Assembly: GCA_964611205.1 (NCBI GenBank)
Contig: CAZSZB010000002.1
Location: forward strand, 10,609 to 74,608
Length of the DNA stretch: 64,000 nucleotides
Origin: an uncultured Candidatus Saccharibacteria bacterium
GTDB lineage: Bacteria > Patescibacteriota > Minisyncoccia > Phycocordibacterales > UBA918
Reading direction: 5' to 3'
In this document: piece after piece, positions 49,469-59,318 of the stretch
Layout: each line of letters opens with the position of its first letter
How positions within the stretch are numbered: the first letter of the stretch is position 1
The notes under the pieces: model-generated
What the model was told of the DNA's origin: nothing
Seen by the model: the letters and a program-made list of their open reading frames with translations, nothing else
The model's database searches: none
Translations under genes and position numbers: made by a program

Positions 49469-50470
49469 CTAGTTGTTTGAAAATAAACCTTTACCCATTT
49501 CCCACATTTCTGGGTCTCCTTGTTCTTTCAACCAATACCACCATTCTGCTCCCCATAGATATTGTTTTTCTAAGTGTGTTTTTTCTGCATATTCAAGAAT
49601 AGAAGCAAATTTCTCTGGATTCATACGAGTATATTGAGTTTCAATATCAACATCCGTGACCGGCTCAATCAACCAAGGTTCTATCGACAACTCTATTAGC
49701 ATCACTTCTTTGGGATTTAAAGCTGTGAGTATTCCGGTACGCAGACGATACCAAATTGGTGGCAAAATGGTTCTGAATTGACCTAATTCTGGATTCCAGA
49801 AATAGACATAGACACTAGTCCCGAAAGCATCAGCTTGTTTGTAAGGCTTCCACCAAGTACCTAAATTACCGCTATCTGTAACGAGCAAAGGTCTAGTGTT
49901 GTCTAGTGTTCGGAAATACTCTATCTCATACTCGAAAAATTCTTGATCAAAAGGACCACAATGATCTTTAGCAAAAACTTCTAAGTAAGGCTCATTTTCT
50001 ATTTGCCAATATTTTATAACTGATCTGTCTTTATAACGATTAGCAACAACTTTCATGTAATCAAGTAACTCTGCTTGTTGTTGTTCCCAAGTTTTATCAT
50101 CAGCCCAGTCGGGAATATGGCATTCTGGCCACCGTGGCAAACGGCGACCAACAGCTAATATAACATCAGCTCCAACTTCTTCTGCTCTGTCCAATTGATA
50201 ATCCAAATCAGAGAAATCATAAACTCCATCTATTGGCTCTACCATCGGCCAGTGCGCTGCTAACCGAAGATGTCGTACTCCAAGATCATCCAAAATAGCG
50301 TCGTACACAACCTTTGGTTCCAATCCTAAATCTCTAGTATAAAAAGTATTGAAGGACATACCGTACTGGATCCTCTCAGGCTTATCTCCAGCTATCAAAA
50401 ATCCTCCAACGACGACAAGCAGTAACCCGGCTAAACCTAAGGCTATCAATATTTTATATAGAATTCGCAT
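49469..50470 (-). CDS. clan GH-A glycoside hydrolase (GH5/GH113-like), membrane-anchored
   Basis: 333 aa. N-terminal TM. Catalytic acid/base NEP motif (WQIENEPYLE). TIM-barrel-like pattern. Confidence 0.55.
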   Translation of the reverse strand: MRILYKILIALGLAGLLLVVVGGFLIAGDKPERIQYGMSFNTFYTRDLGLEPKVVYDAILDDLGVRHLRLAAHWPMVEPIDGVYDFSDLDYQLDRAEEVGADVILAVGRRLPRWPECHIPDWADDKTWEQQQAELLDYMKVVANRYKDRSVIKYWQIENEPYLEVFAKDHCGPFDQEFFEYEIEYFRTLDNTRPLLVTDSGNLGTWWKPYKQADAFGTSVYVYFWNPELGQFRTILPPIWYRLRTGILTALNPKEVMLIELSIEPWLIEPVTDVDIETQYTRMNPEKFASILEYAEKTHLEKQYLWGAEWWYWLKEQGDPEMWEMGKGLFSNN

Positions 50471-50496
50471 ACAGGTATTATAAAGGGGTTATGTTT

Positions 50497-51429
50497 TTAT
50501 ACAAACAAAATTATGAATCCTATGAAAATAATACCTACATAAATAGTTTTTCGTATGATAGTTTTTAGATCAAATTCATTTTCACCAGCTGTTTCTGGTA
50601 TTAGACGACCAATAAAAATGCCGATAATGATGATGAACACATATTTCAATCCATCCAGAGCTTGAACTACTGCTACCTCACCTAAGTCAGTAGCTTTCAA
50701 TATCAAAAAGGAAGCAACTCCAGCCATCATTTTATTCCCCAATATAAGGAGGCCTCCTTTTTTACCAGTCTGTTCTGTCTGTTTCTTTATCTTTTCTAAA
50801 TAAGCGGGGACTAATAATAACGATAGAGCAAAAGCAAAGAAAGCTATCCGTGACCAGAAAAACCCGTCATCAAAACTAGTTTCGGTAAACAGACCCTTCA
50901 TTGCTATGTAATGGAGAGCAAAGAAAATACCACTATGTAAAGTACGTAAAGCAGTGGAGGCAGAGAAGCGCATTTGGGATACTAAGGCAGTACCCAAAGC
51001 TAGAATAGCGATACCCCAAATAAAATTATGAGTTAAGCTGGTGCCTAAAAATAGGTAGGCCATTCCGAATGACGAAATGGCTGAAACCGCTCCAATTACA
51101 GGCATCACATCAGACGCATCCGCTTCCTTCAAACCGTCATACATAGACACCAGAGCCATAAAGAATGTGTAGGCGGCCAAAAATGACATTCCTACTACCT
51201 GTATAGTGGGGGACTGTACATTCTTCAAAGACGGAGCCCCTAAACTATCTAGACCAGGAATAAAACCAAATAAGTAAACCGCAATCCAGCCACCAGTAAT
51301 AAGGCAAGAATAAAAAGCATACACAAACGGTCGTGGCAACAACTTTTCATCACTGACGATATGCTTATCTAGCAAAGCAACAATAGCGTTGAGAAATTGA
51401 CCGAAGGTGGCAAGTATTATCCAATTCAT
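50497..51429 (-). CDS. polytopic membrane protein (DMT/EamA-like, uncertain)
   Basis: 310 aa. About 10 TM helices. Confidence 0.4.
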   Translation of the reverse strand: MNWIILATFGQFLNAIVALLDKHIVSDEKLLPRPFVYAFYSCLITGGWIAVYLFGFIPGLDSLGAPSLKNVQSPTIQVVGMSFLAAYTFFMALVSMYDGLKEADASDVMPVIGAVSAISSFGMAYLFLGTSLTHNFIWGIAILALGTALVSQMRFSASTALRTLHSGIFFALHYIAMKGLFTETSFDDGFFWSRIAFFAFALSLLLVPAYLEKIKKQTEQTGKKGGLLILGNKMMAGVASFLILKATDLGEVAVVQALDGLKYVFIIIIGIFIGRLIPETAGENEFDLKTIIRKTIYVGIIFIGFIILFV

Positions 51430-51501
51430 TATTTAGTATTATCCCATTATTTTTTTGGTTGCTTGTGGGTTTATGCCCATAAAGATATCTGGCTTGAAAA
51501 A

Positions 51502-51541
51502 TTAATCACCGCTTTAATGCCGGCATTAAAGCGGTGATTAA
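51502..51541 (-). terminator. perfect 20 bp inverted-repeat terminator after the GH1 gene
   Basis: TTAATCACCGCTTTAATGCC|GGCATTAAAGCGGTGATTAA followed by T-rich sequence on the minus strand. Confidence 0.7.
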
Positions 51542-51573
51542 ATCTTTCATTGCAAATGAAAGGTTTTTCTTTG

Positions 51574-52845
51574 TTAAAGGCTGTTCTTTTCTATCAATTC
51601 TTTATAGATCCAAGCAGACGGTCGGATTTTTCGTTCTAAAGTCTCATAGTCGATTTCTACCAAACCAAATTTTTTCTCTATACCCAAAGCCCATTCATAA
51701 TTATCAATCAGTGACCAATACATATGACTACGAACATCCATACCTCTCTCTAGGGCTTTTTTAGTCGCTTCAACTTGCTTGGTTATGTAATCTGCTCGGT
51801 ATTTATCCTCCGCATCAGCTATTCCCGCCTCTGTAATATAAAGTGGTTTTTTATACCTCCACAATATCTGTAGTGCTCCATAAATTCCTTCTGGATAAAT
51901 ATCCCAATCCATATCAGTTTTCTTATAAATTTCCTTATCTCCAAATTTTTTATGGAAATAATAATTAAGGCCGATAGAATCACAGTACTTATATGTGCGT
52001 CGCATAAAAATATCAGTCCAGAAATAATTAGCTAAGCGAGCTTTTAAAATATTAAGAGGATTCCGGTTGGAGTGGAAATAAATAACATGCTTCACTACCC
52101 CTACATCGAGTCTAGGATTATTTTTCTTAATAGCCGTATAGGCTGCATTATGTGCCAATGCAAGATTCTTCATAACTCGCCAGTATAGGAATAATGGCTT
52201 GAGTCCTTTAGTAGATTCTGGCTCAAAAATCTTTCCTGAGTTTGTTATTGAGACCAGGTCGGTTAAGGCAAAGCGTTTAAATGGCGGCCAACTTCCCCGT
52301 AACCAACCATTGCTACCAAAAACATTAGGTTCATTAATGGTGGAGAAATTATGACAAAATTCTTCCAATGATGAAGCTACCTTACTACAATAGCGAGCAA
52401 AAATTTCTGGTGAATCTTTACGCTCAAAACCACCCGATTCTGAGAACCATAATGGGAGTGTAAAGTGCCAAAGAGTTACAAAGGGTTCTAAGTTACGAGC
52501 TCGGAGAGCTCGTAACACTTCTTTATAGTGCTCTAACTCAGCTTCATCGAACTCTCCTTCTCGAGGTTCTATTCTGGCCCACTCGATAGATATGCGATGG
52601 GCATTATGTCCCAGTTCTTTAGCGATATCAAAATCCTTTTCGTATAAATTATAATGATCTGCCAATCGTCCAGCCGGTGGCACTCTATCTTCTTTTGCCG
52701 CCTTAGCCCAATCAGTATTTTCAATATTACCTTCTACTTGGTAGGAGGCGGTGGCAGCGCCCCAATAAAAACCTTCCGGAAATTTTTTCATAGGCAAATT
52801 ATAGCAGAAATCCGCGCCCTGATGGTGGGCGCGGACTTGATTCAA
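51574..52845 (-). CDS. glycoside hydrolase family 1 beta-glucosidase-like protein
   Basis: 423 aa. N-terminal GH1 signature (FPEGFYWGAATASYQVEGN). Acid/base NEP (TINEPNV). Nucleophile region ITEAG, a variant of the usual ITENG. Confidence 0.85.
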   Translation of the reverse strand: MNQVRAHHQGADFCYNLPMKKFPEGFYWGAATASYQVEGNIENTDWAKAAKEDRVPPAGRLADHYNLYEKDFDIAKELGHNAHRISIEWARIEPREGEFDEAELEHYKEVLRALRARNLEPFVTLWHFTLPLWFSESGGFERKDSPEIFARYCSKVASSLEEFCHNFSTINEPNVFGSNGWLRGSWPPFKRFALTDLVSITNSGKIFEPESTKGLKPLFLYWRVMKNLALAHNAAYTAIKKNNPRLDVGVVKHVIYFHSNRNPLNILKARLANYFWTDIFMRRTYKYCDSIGLNYYFHKKFGDKEIYKKTDMDWDIYPEGIYGALQILWRYKKPLYITEAGIADAEDKYRADYITKQVEATKKALERGMDVRSHMYWSLIDNYEWALGIEKKFGLVEIDYETLERKIRPSAWIYKELIEKNSL

Positions 52846-53306
52846 ACGAAGGTTGCTTTACCAACCGAATCGACAAAGATCTTCATTTCTGAGTACCCCA
52901 AGATCAGGGGTTGGTCATGACCGTAAGGGTCATAAAAAGATGGTTTGCGAACCATCCCGTATTCGTTGACGGTGACCACCCAGAAAGGTTCAGGTCCCAC
53001 TCGCATAGCGAACAAGCGAGTTTTAAGCGGGAGCCAAGTTGTCATGGCCATTGCTTCCCCTTGGGGTTTGGACCAAAAGACACACGGGCGACATTCCAAG
53101 GGACCCAACGATGAAAGAAGAACCCATCTCTGATTTTTTCTCCAGTTGGGATCAACTTGTTTACTTGTATCGCGAACCAAGGGAATCTTCAACACATCAA
53201 GATCCTCAGCCGAAGAGAAAAGTAGAGGCGCCCGCCATCTTTTATGCAACCAGTCGTCTTCGGTCACGAAATTGAGGAACCGAGTAATAAGAGCATTTTT
53301 CATCAT
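52842..53306 (-). CDS. hypothetical protein in a GC-rich patch, translationally coupled to the GH1 gene
   Basis: 154 aa ORF overlapping the GH1 start by 4 nt. Local GC is clearly above the window average. Several overlapping antisense ORFs are an artefact of the higher GC. Confidence 0.4.
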   Translation of the reverse strand: MMKNALITRFLNFVTEDDWLHKRWRAPLLFSSAEDLDVLKIPLVRDTSKQVDPNWRKNQRWVLLSSLGPLECRPCVFWSKPQGEAMAMTTWLPLKTRLFAMRVGPEPFWVVTVNEYGMVRKPSFYDPYGHDQPLILGYSEMKIFVDSVGKATFV

Positions 53307-53352
53307 CCTTCTCCCTTTGGATGGGTTCTTTGCCTAAATTACAATACTTACA

Positions 53353-54078
53353 TTAAAAGTCAATGTTTTTAAAGCTTTCTGGAGCTAAATAGCTATACCA
53401 CTTCTGATAGAGTTTAGTTGTGGCAATAACATTTGCCATACTATGATGAGCGATATCAAGAAATTTCTTCTGCCGATAAAATTCCGGAACACTATTATTT
53501 TCGTTAATCTGTCTTGGGCTATCTATACCATAAGCGCGACAGAACATATGAAGTGAAGGCCGGCGACGCATAGCTCCATAAAAAGTTAACTGATCTTGCA
53601 AATCTACATGAGAAATATTCTGTTGTAATGATAAATAACGGCTATTCATCAGATTTTTAGTGGGGAGCAAATTGTGGACAAGCGAACGATGTAAGATGAA
53701 TGGAATAACAAACGATCGGCCACAGAAAGTAACAAAAGTATCATAACTTTTAGCACCTTCCCAAAAATCCTCCAAAATGTTTTTCTCGTTGCTTGCTTTA
53801 AGAACAAACTCATCGACCTTTTTGTTCTCAATCTTTCCTTCAGCAGTATAGTAAATCACTCCCTTTTTTCTCTCTAAGTCGTATAAACCTAACGTAATTA
53901 CTTTGCCCGTTAAGGGAGAAAAGCGTAAATTTTCTTTTACGTCTTTTATATGCTTTGCTCTATCAGACTCTCCCCTTTTTGACTGCTCAATCCAATATAT
54001 TAAATTATCTTGAGTTACTTCATCAATATCTTCCCAGTTTTCCCCAATCGTTTCAATACTGACTATCAAAGTTGCCAT
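53353..54078 (-). CDS. RNase H-like fold protein resembling the PolB-type 3'-5' exonuclease domain (YprB-like), possibly degenerate
   Basis: 241 aa. Exo-I-like SIETIGE where DxE is expected. Later Y..D-type motif (RAYGID). Confidence 0.45.
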   Translation of the reverse strand: MATLIVSIETIGENWEDIDEVTQDNLIYWIEQSKRGESDRAKHIKDVKENLRFSPLTGKVITLGLYDLERKKGVIYYTAEGKIENKKVDEFVLKASNEKNILEDFWEGAKSYDTFVTFCGRSFVIPFILHRSLVHNLLPTKNLMNSRYLSLQQNISHVDLQDQLTFYGAMRRRPSLHMFCRAYGIDSPRQINENNSVPEFYRQKKFLDIAHHSMANVIATTKLYQKWYSYLAPESFKNIDF

Positions 54079-54080
54079 AT

Positions 54081-54839
54081 TTATTCACCGACAAAGTTCT
54101 GTGGTGTAGCTCGGTAACAGTTTAGAATCTTATTATTTTCGGAACTCAGATAATATCGATATTGTCCTGCCAACTCAACTCCACCACACTCATCTACAGT
54201 GCCTGAGTAATTTCCATAAACTGGAAAGCCGTCCCGAGCATAACCAACCAAATCACCAGCTGTCTTTGAACGATAAACTATTGCGTCAGAATTAAACAAT
54301 AAACCACCCGATACTGTGACTCCCACGATAGTATCTGACACACAAGTAGAATTCGCAGCTGGGGATGGGCGTAGAGGCAATAGTAAAAGGGTTTTAATAG
54401 AGTTAGTTGAGCCAACTACTTGTGCTTGGCTGTTGTCTAAATCCTCACCGGAAGTGATATGGACAACCTGTCTCACTCCTTCTGTTTCTCTAACCTTCAC
54501 TCCCTCTCTAGGCCAAGCTCTCGCTAAAGTTAAGTTGTCCCTTTCTGTACATTTTTCACCTGTATTAATAATCACCTCCTCCTCTATTTCTTCAGTTGGA
54601 GTAACGGCCATAACTATCTCTTCACCTTTAATAGCTTCTCTCAAATGAGCAATGGTTGAATTCCTATCAATTTTTGGTTCTTCATAAATCACTGCCTTAG
54701 TCGATATTTCTTGGTTATCAAAAATAACCTCAGCTAAAGTGTTAGCTGCTTTAGTGTCTCTATCTAAAGTAAACATTATTGCTAATAGCAAAAATATAAC
54801 TACTAGTACAAACAATAATAAGTCTTTTGTGTTGAGCAT
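54081..54839 (-). CDS. hypothetical membrane-anchored extracytoplasmic protein
   Basis: 252 aa. N-terminal TM. No recognisable domain. Confidence 0.4.
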   Translation of the reverse strand: MLNTKDLLLFVLVVIFLLLAIMFTLDRDTKAANTLAEVIFDNQEISTKAVIYEEPKIDRNSTIAHLREAIKGEEIVMAVTPTEEIEEEVIINTGEKCTERDNLTLARAWPREGVKVRETEGVRQVVHITSGEDLDNSQAQVVGSTNSIKTLLLLPLRPSPAANSTCVSDTIVGVTVSGGLLFNSDAIVYRSKTAGDLVGYARDGFPVYGNYSGTVDECGGVELAGQYRYYLSSENNKILNCYRATPQNFVGE

Positions 54840-54898
54840 AGATGGTTACATAATACCAAAGGCCGGCGAGCTTCGCTCGCCGGCCTTTGTATAAACAA

Positions 54899-56233
54899 TT
54901 ATTTTTTCTTAGTAACTTTTTTAGTTTCTCTAGTTACTTTTTTGGCCGCCGCCACGCCACGTCTATTATTTACTTTAATGTTTATCATCTGCTCGATTCT
55001 TCTAATATCAGCCAGGAGTTGTGAACGCTCACTGTTATATAGGAACAGAGTGAAAATTGCTCGCCCACCATTACGTGAAAAAACAGCTCGATCTCCTACT
55101 TTTTTGTTAACTATAATTTTTTCAAACGAATTAAGCGATTCAATCTTTTTTATACCTTTTGTTTCAGTTATTATTCCTTCTTTGCCAGCGAAATATTTCA
55201 TATAAGCTGCAAAGCCTTTACACTTTTTAGGAATGACTACTTTGCGTGGTATTCTCACCGCAATATCATTCATATTGTGATTGATGTCACAGCTCATCTT
55301 ATGAAGAACGTCTCGAGCACCGCCAGCTCGGGGACCAATTTCTATAATTTTCCAATCATCATCAACTTTCATCAACTCAACATGAGTTGTGGTACTTCGT
55401 AAACCTAGCGCGTGAATGGCTGTCTCAGCAACTGATTCAGCTTTTTCAACAGTAGTTTTTTTAAGAGCAGTCGGAGTAATCTGTAAGTAGTTATAGAAAT
55501 CATCATGACCTATTTCCCGGGCTGTTTTCTGCCTGACTAAAGGACAGTGTTTTACCACACCTCTCGAATCGACGTATGAATCAAGTGAATAAAGGTCTCC
55601 TTCTAAAAACTCTTCCGCTATGACCTTCGGTATTTCTTTGCGCTCATCTTTATCATAAGCTACTTTCAATTTTCTAAACAAAGTTCGCAGAGTCTTGTCT
55701 AGCTCATCTTCATGATAGCAAATGGTCACAAACAAACTTCCGGCTAAACTAGCTGGCTTTACAATCATCGGAAATCGTACCTTATCGATAACTCGTTTTC
55801 GTTCATCTTTAGTGTTGCTTTTTACCCAAGTGAACCGCGGTGTATTTTTAGAGTCATACAAATTTAGACGTTTACGCATTTCATACTTATCAGTTGCCCA
55901 AGCTAACGATTCGGTAGATGGCGTTCGAAGATATGGCACATGAGGTAAGACCTGGATGAATCGAGCTATGTGTTGTTCATAGCGACAAGTAACAGCTAGT
56001 AACTCATCCTTGTAGGGCAACAGAGCCTGAGCAATCTTCCAAGGCTTAGAAAAATCACACTCTACAACAATATCGTAATCAGGTGTTTCAGTTGGTTTCT
56101 TCAGACGGGAATCACGAATATTCATTATTCTATAATGTTTGTCATTAGACTTGGCATAAGCACGGACATCGTCAATCACAGCCTGACGAGTACCCATTAC
56201 ATACAATATTATGTTTTTAGGATTCTTTTCCAT
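54899..56233 (-). CDS. ATP-grasp fold ligase with a Lys-rich C-terminal tail
   Basis: 444 aa. ATP-grasp core (..FPMIVKPASLAGS..; ..IAEEFLEGDLYSLDSYV..; ..HVELMK..IIEIGPRAGG). The last ~25 aa are Lys/Arg-rich (RRGVAAAKKVTRETKKVTKKK). Confidence 0.6.
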   Translation of the reverse strand: MEKNPKNIILYVMGTRQAVIDDVRAYAKSNDKHYRIMNIRDSRLKKPTETPDYDIVVECDFSKPWKIAQALLPYKDELLAVTCRYEQHIARFIQVLPHVPYLRTPSTESLAWATDKYEMRKRLNLYDSKNTPRFTWVKSNTKDERKRVIDKVRFPMIVKPASLAGSLFVTICYHEDELDKTLRTLFRKLKVAYDKDERKEIPKVIAEEFLEGDLYSLDSYVDSRGVVKHCPLVRQKTAREIGHDDFYNYLQITPTALKKTTVEKAESVAETAIHALGLRSTTTHVELMKVDDDWKIIEIGPRAGGARDVLHKMSCDINHNMNDIAVRIPRKVVIPKKCKGFAAYMKYFAGKEGIITETKGIKKIESLNSFEKIIVNKKVGDRAVFSRNGGRAIFTLFLYNSERSQLLADIRRIEQMINIKVNNRRGVAAAKKVTRETKKVTKKK

Positions 56234-56396
56234 TATTTAAAAAAATATAACCTGATAAATTAATGCAAATCAGGCCTTTAGATGAAAAGCATACTATAAA
56301 AAACCGTTTTGTATAGACCGCAACACAGCACAGAGAAAAATCAACTCTTGACAAGAAAAAACATCTATCCGATTTTATATGCTATAACTACCTACT

Positions 56397-57290
56397 ATGC
56401 GACATACTAAATATAGAATTGGTGTTCTGACTAACCTTCTGGGCCCCTCCATGAACGACCTTATGGCTATGGCTGATAAAAATGGAGTAGTTTTTGAGCA
56501 AATCAGTTATCCAGCCATTCCTTTGGCCGGTTTTCACAGTAGCGAACTAATTAGACACATTTGTTCTTATGACATTGTTTATTATCGGACTGGTATGCAA
56601 GGCTCAGTCATTACCGAATTAGCTAAAATCTTAGAAGAAAAGAATATTCCCTGCATAAACGGTACTTTAACTCATCCTTTTATTCATAAAAAAATCCGCC
56701 AAGCTCTCATTGCTGATAGATATAATATTTTACAGCCCAAAAGCTTTGTGATGAACAGTTTAAATTATGAAGATATCTCTTCTGTTTTAGGTCCAAGCTT
56801 TGTCGTAAAACCTGATATCGGATCTAAAGGTATAGATGTAACCCTCATAAACTCAAAGACAGAGCTAGATACCTTTATCACAACAAAAACTAAAAAAGTT
56901 TATCTTTGCCAAGAATATTTGGACAATGCCGAAGAGTATCGTGTCTATGTAGTAGGTCAAAAAGGAGTAGCGACCTACAAGAAAATCTCCCACGGAAGCG
57001 ATTTTCGAGCTAACTTACACGCTGGAGGCAGTATGGAGGAAACTGAAGTGAAGATGAACAAACCCTTGATTAAATTTGGAGAAGAAATAGCTCAGCACTT
57101 TGGAGTTGATATCTGTGGGATAGATATCTTAGTTAAGAATGATCAGCTCTATTTCTTAGAACTAAACTTACAGCCCGGTTGGGAAAATTTAGAAGAAATA
57201 ACTGGTACTAATTTATGCCGAGAAACAATTCAGTACACCCTTGATCGTGCTCACAAGAGTAAGCCTTGGTATAAGAGACTGGGAAAATAA
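56397..57290 (+). CDS. RimK/GshB-like ATP-grasp ligase
   Basis: 297 aa. ..FVVKPDIGSKGIDV.. ; ..EYRVYVVG.. ; ..GIDILV.NDQLYFLELNLQPG.. typical of RimK-type glutamate ligases. Confidence 0.7.
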   Translation: MRHTKYRIGVLTNLLGPSMNDLMAMADKNGVVFEQISYPAIPLAGFHSSELIRHICSYDIVYYRTGMQGSVITELAKILEEKNIPCINGTLTHPFIHKKIRQALIADRYNILQPKSFVMNSLNYEDISSVLGPSFVVKPDIGSKGIDVTLINSKTELDTFITTKTKKVYLCQEYLDNAEEYRVYVVGQKGVATYKKISHGSDFRANLHAGGSMEETEVKMNKPLIKFGEEIAQHFGVDICGIDILVKNDQLYFLELNLQPGWENLEEITGTNLCRETIQYTLDRAHKSKPWYKRLGK

Positions 57291-57291
57291 A

Positions 57292-57978
57292 TTAAATACC
57301 AAATTCTATTACTCCTTTGTTGTCGCTATTCTCAGGCGTTTCAGTAGTACCATTAACTGCCACCTCAATCTGATCTCTAAAATCCTGAAGACTTTCGATA
57401 ACCATCGGTTCACCGTTTAAAAAGAAAGTAGGTGTACCAGAAAGGCCTAGAACACGGGCTTCTTCAAATTCTGCCTTTACTTTATCTTCTAAAATAGAAG
57501 ATTTCAGGTGTCTTTTAAACAGATCTGTATCAAGACCTAAGTCCTCTGCATACTGGATAAAGTAAGTCCGTGCACTAACCGGACTAGATGACCACTGCGT
57601 TTGGTTTTCAAACAATTTATTAGCCATAGCAAAAAACTCTCCTTGTTGTCCGGCTGCTTCAGCTGCTACGGCTGCCGGTATAGCGTGTGGGTGAATAGAA
57701 ATAAGAGGAAAATGCTTATATTCAAATCTAATATTCTCTCCGTAGGTTGCAATAACATCTTCCACAATCGGCTGGAATTGAGCACAAGCGGGACACTGAA
57801 AGTCACTGTATTCAATGAGAGTGACAGCAGCGTTTGGGTTACCTAATATATGTTCTGATAAAACCACTCCCTCATTAGCACTCTTCTTTGACACACTTGC
57901 GGCATAGAAAGCACCTACCATAAGGAGTACGGCTGTAGCAATTATTATCTTCCAACTATGTTTTTTCAATGTTTTCAT
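57292..57978 (-). CDS. DsbA-like thiol:disulfide oxidoreductase (thioredoxin fold), membrane-anchored
   Basis: 228 aa. N-terminal TM. CPAC active-site motif (YSDFQCPACAQF). Confidence 0.75.
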   Translation of the reverse strand: MKTLKKHSWKIIIATAVLLMVGAFYAASVSKKSANEGVVLSEHILGNPNAAVTLIEYSDFQCPACAQFQPIVEDVIATYGENIRFEYKHFPLISIHPHAIPAAVAAEAAGQQGEFFAMANKLFENQTQWSSSPVSARTYFIQYAEDLGLDTDLFKRHLKSSILEDKVKAEFEEARVLGLSGTPTFFLNGEPMVIESLQDFRDQIEVAVNGTTETPENSDNKGVIEFGI

Positions 57979-58067
57979 ATTTTATATTGATTGATTATCC
58001 TAAATATATCATAAATCCGTACCCTAAACAGCAACTAGAGACCCGGTCTCTATATATCCTTTCGTGT

Positions 58068-58268
58068 TTATAAACTATTTAATAATGAAGCGTATTCATT
58101 AATAGCTTTAGGAACAATAAATAACAAAGCGGCTAAAGGCAAAACAAACATTATTGCTGTTACCCAAACCGTGATAGTTATATATTTTCTGGTCTTCTCT
58201 ACAGAAGCTAAAATGGTATCAATTTTTTCCTCTAAGATCTGTAACTTCTCCTGAGTTGTTTGCTCCAT
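58068..58268 (-). CDS. small membrane protein
   Basis: 66 aa. N-terminal charged helix then one TM helix. Confidence 0.35.
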   Translation of the reverse strand: MEQTTQEKLQILEEKIDTILASVEKTRKYITITVWVTAIMFVLPLAALLFIVPKAINEYASLLNSL

Positions 58269-58273
58269 ACTGT

Positions 58274-59242
58274 TTATTCTTTTACTACATTAGGCGGTGT
58301 TTCGTCATTAAAGAAAGCAATAATATTTTGCGCTGCCATCTCAGACATCTTGTTCCTAGTTTCTTCACTAGCAGAGGCGATATGTGGAGTAACGACAACA
58401 TTATCGAGCTCATTAAGACCTGGTGCTAGAGCCGGTTCATTTTCATAAACATCTAGACCTGCCCCCTTAATAGTTTTGTTACGTAAAGCTTCTACTAAAG
58501 CAGCTTCATCTATTACCGGACCACGAGAAGTGTTGATCAAATAAGCCGAAGGTTTCATCATTGATAAACGCTCTGTGTTTATCAGGTGATGAGTCGAATC
58601 TAGTAATGGCACATGGACTGACACTATGTCAGCTTCTTGTAATACAGCCTCTACTGTATCTCTATATTCTGCTCCAAAAGCTTCAATATGCTCCCTTGGT
58701 TTAATATCATAGTAAACAACCCGCATATTGAACCCTTTTACCAACCTTTCTGCTACACCAGTACCAATTCGTCCCGCACCTAATATACCAAGTGTCTTAC
58801 CCTTAAGATCACTACCGAGCAAGAGTTCTGGAGCCCAAGCTTCATACTTACCAGCACGTGTAAACCGATCAGCTTCGGGAATCCGTTTAGCTACAGACAA
58901 TATTAAGGAAACCGCGTACTCCGCTACAGTATCTGTTAGAACGTCCGGAGTATTGGTCACCACTACCTCACTTAACTTAGCCCCTTCTATATTTATATTG
59001 TTAAACCCAACTGCATAATTAGCCACTATCTTAACGTTTGGAGCAGCTGTAAAAACCTCTTTATCTATCTGATCAGTAAGAAGACTCAGGACAGCGTCAT
59101 AGGGTTTCTTACTAAGTGCAGTGAGTAATTCTTCTTTTGATAAAACTCCATCTTTTTCACTAATATCTACTTCATGCCCAGCAGCAGTTAAAAGACTAAG
59201 TCCTACTTCTGGTATTTTCCTAGTTACAAATATTTTAGCCAT
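58274..59242 (-). CDS. D-isomer-specific 2-hydroxyacid dehydrogenase (glyoxylate/hydroxypyruvate reductase-like)
   Basis: 322 aa. NAD-binding GILGAGRIG. Catalytic R/E/H signature region (..NTSRGPVID.. ; ..LDVYENEP..). Confidence 0.85.
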   Translation of the reverse strand: MAKIFVTRKIPEVGLSLLTAAGHEVDISEKDGVLSKEELLTALSKKPYDAVLSLLTDQIDKEVFTAAPNVKIVANYAVGFNNINIEGAKLSEVVVTNTPDVLTDTVAEYAVSLILSVAKRIPEADRFTRAGKYEAWAPELLLGSDLKGKTLGILGAGRIGTGVAERLVKGFNMRVVYYDIKPREHIEAFGAEYRDTVEAVLQEADIVSVHVPLLDSTHHLINTERLSMMKPSAYLINTSRGPVIDEAALVEALRNKTIKGAGLDVYENEPALAPGLNELDNVVVTPHIASASEETRNKMSEMAAQNIIAFFNDETPPNVVKE

Positions 59243-59271
59243 GTCAGAATTATAACAGACTGCGATAGAAC

Positions 59272-59307
59272 AAAAAGCACGGCGGCCCTGGGGCCGCCGT
59301 GCTTTTT
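59272..59307 (-). terminator. rho-independent terminator after the cupin gene
   Basis: AAAAAGCACGGCGGCC-CTGG-GGCCGCCGTGCTTTTT. A 16 bp GC-rich stem. Confidence 0.8.
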
Positions 59308-59318
59308 AAAACCGACTA

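Noticed and set aside
52654-53337. Cluster of overlapping ORFs on both strands (52654..52920, 52911..53114, 52945..53133, 53039..53275, 53146..53337).
   Set aside because: Artefact of the locally elevated GC content. Only the 52842..53306 frame is coupled to the GH1 gene and has a plausible start.
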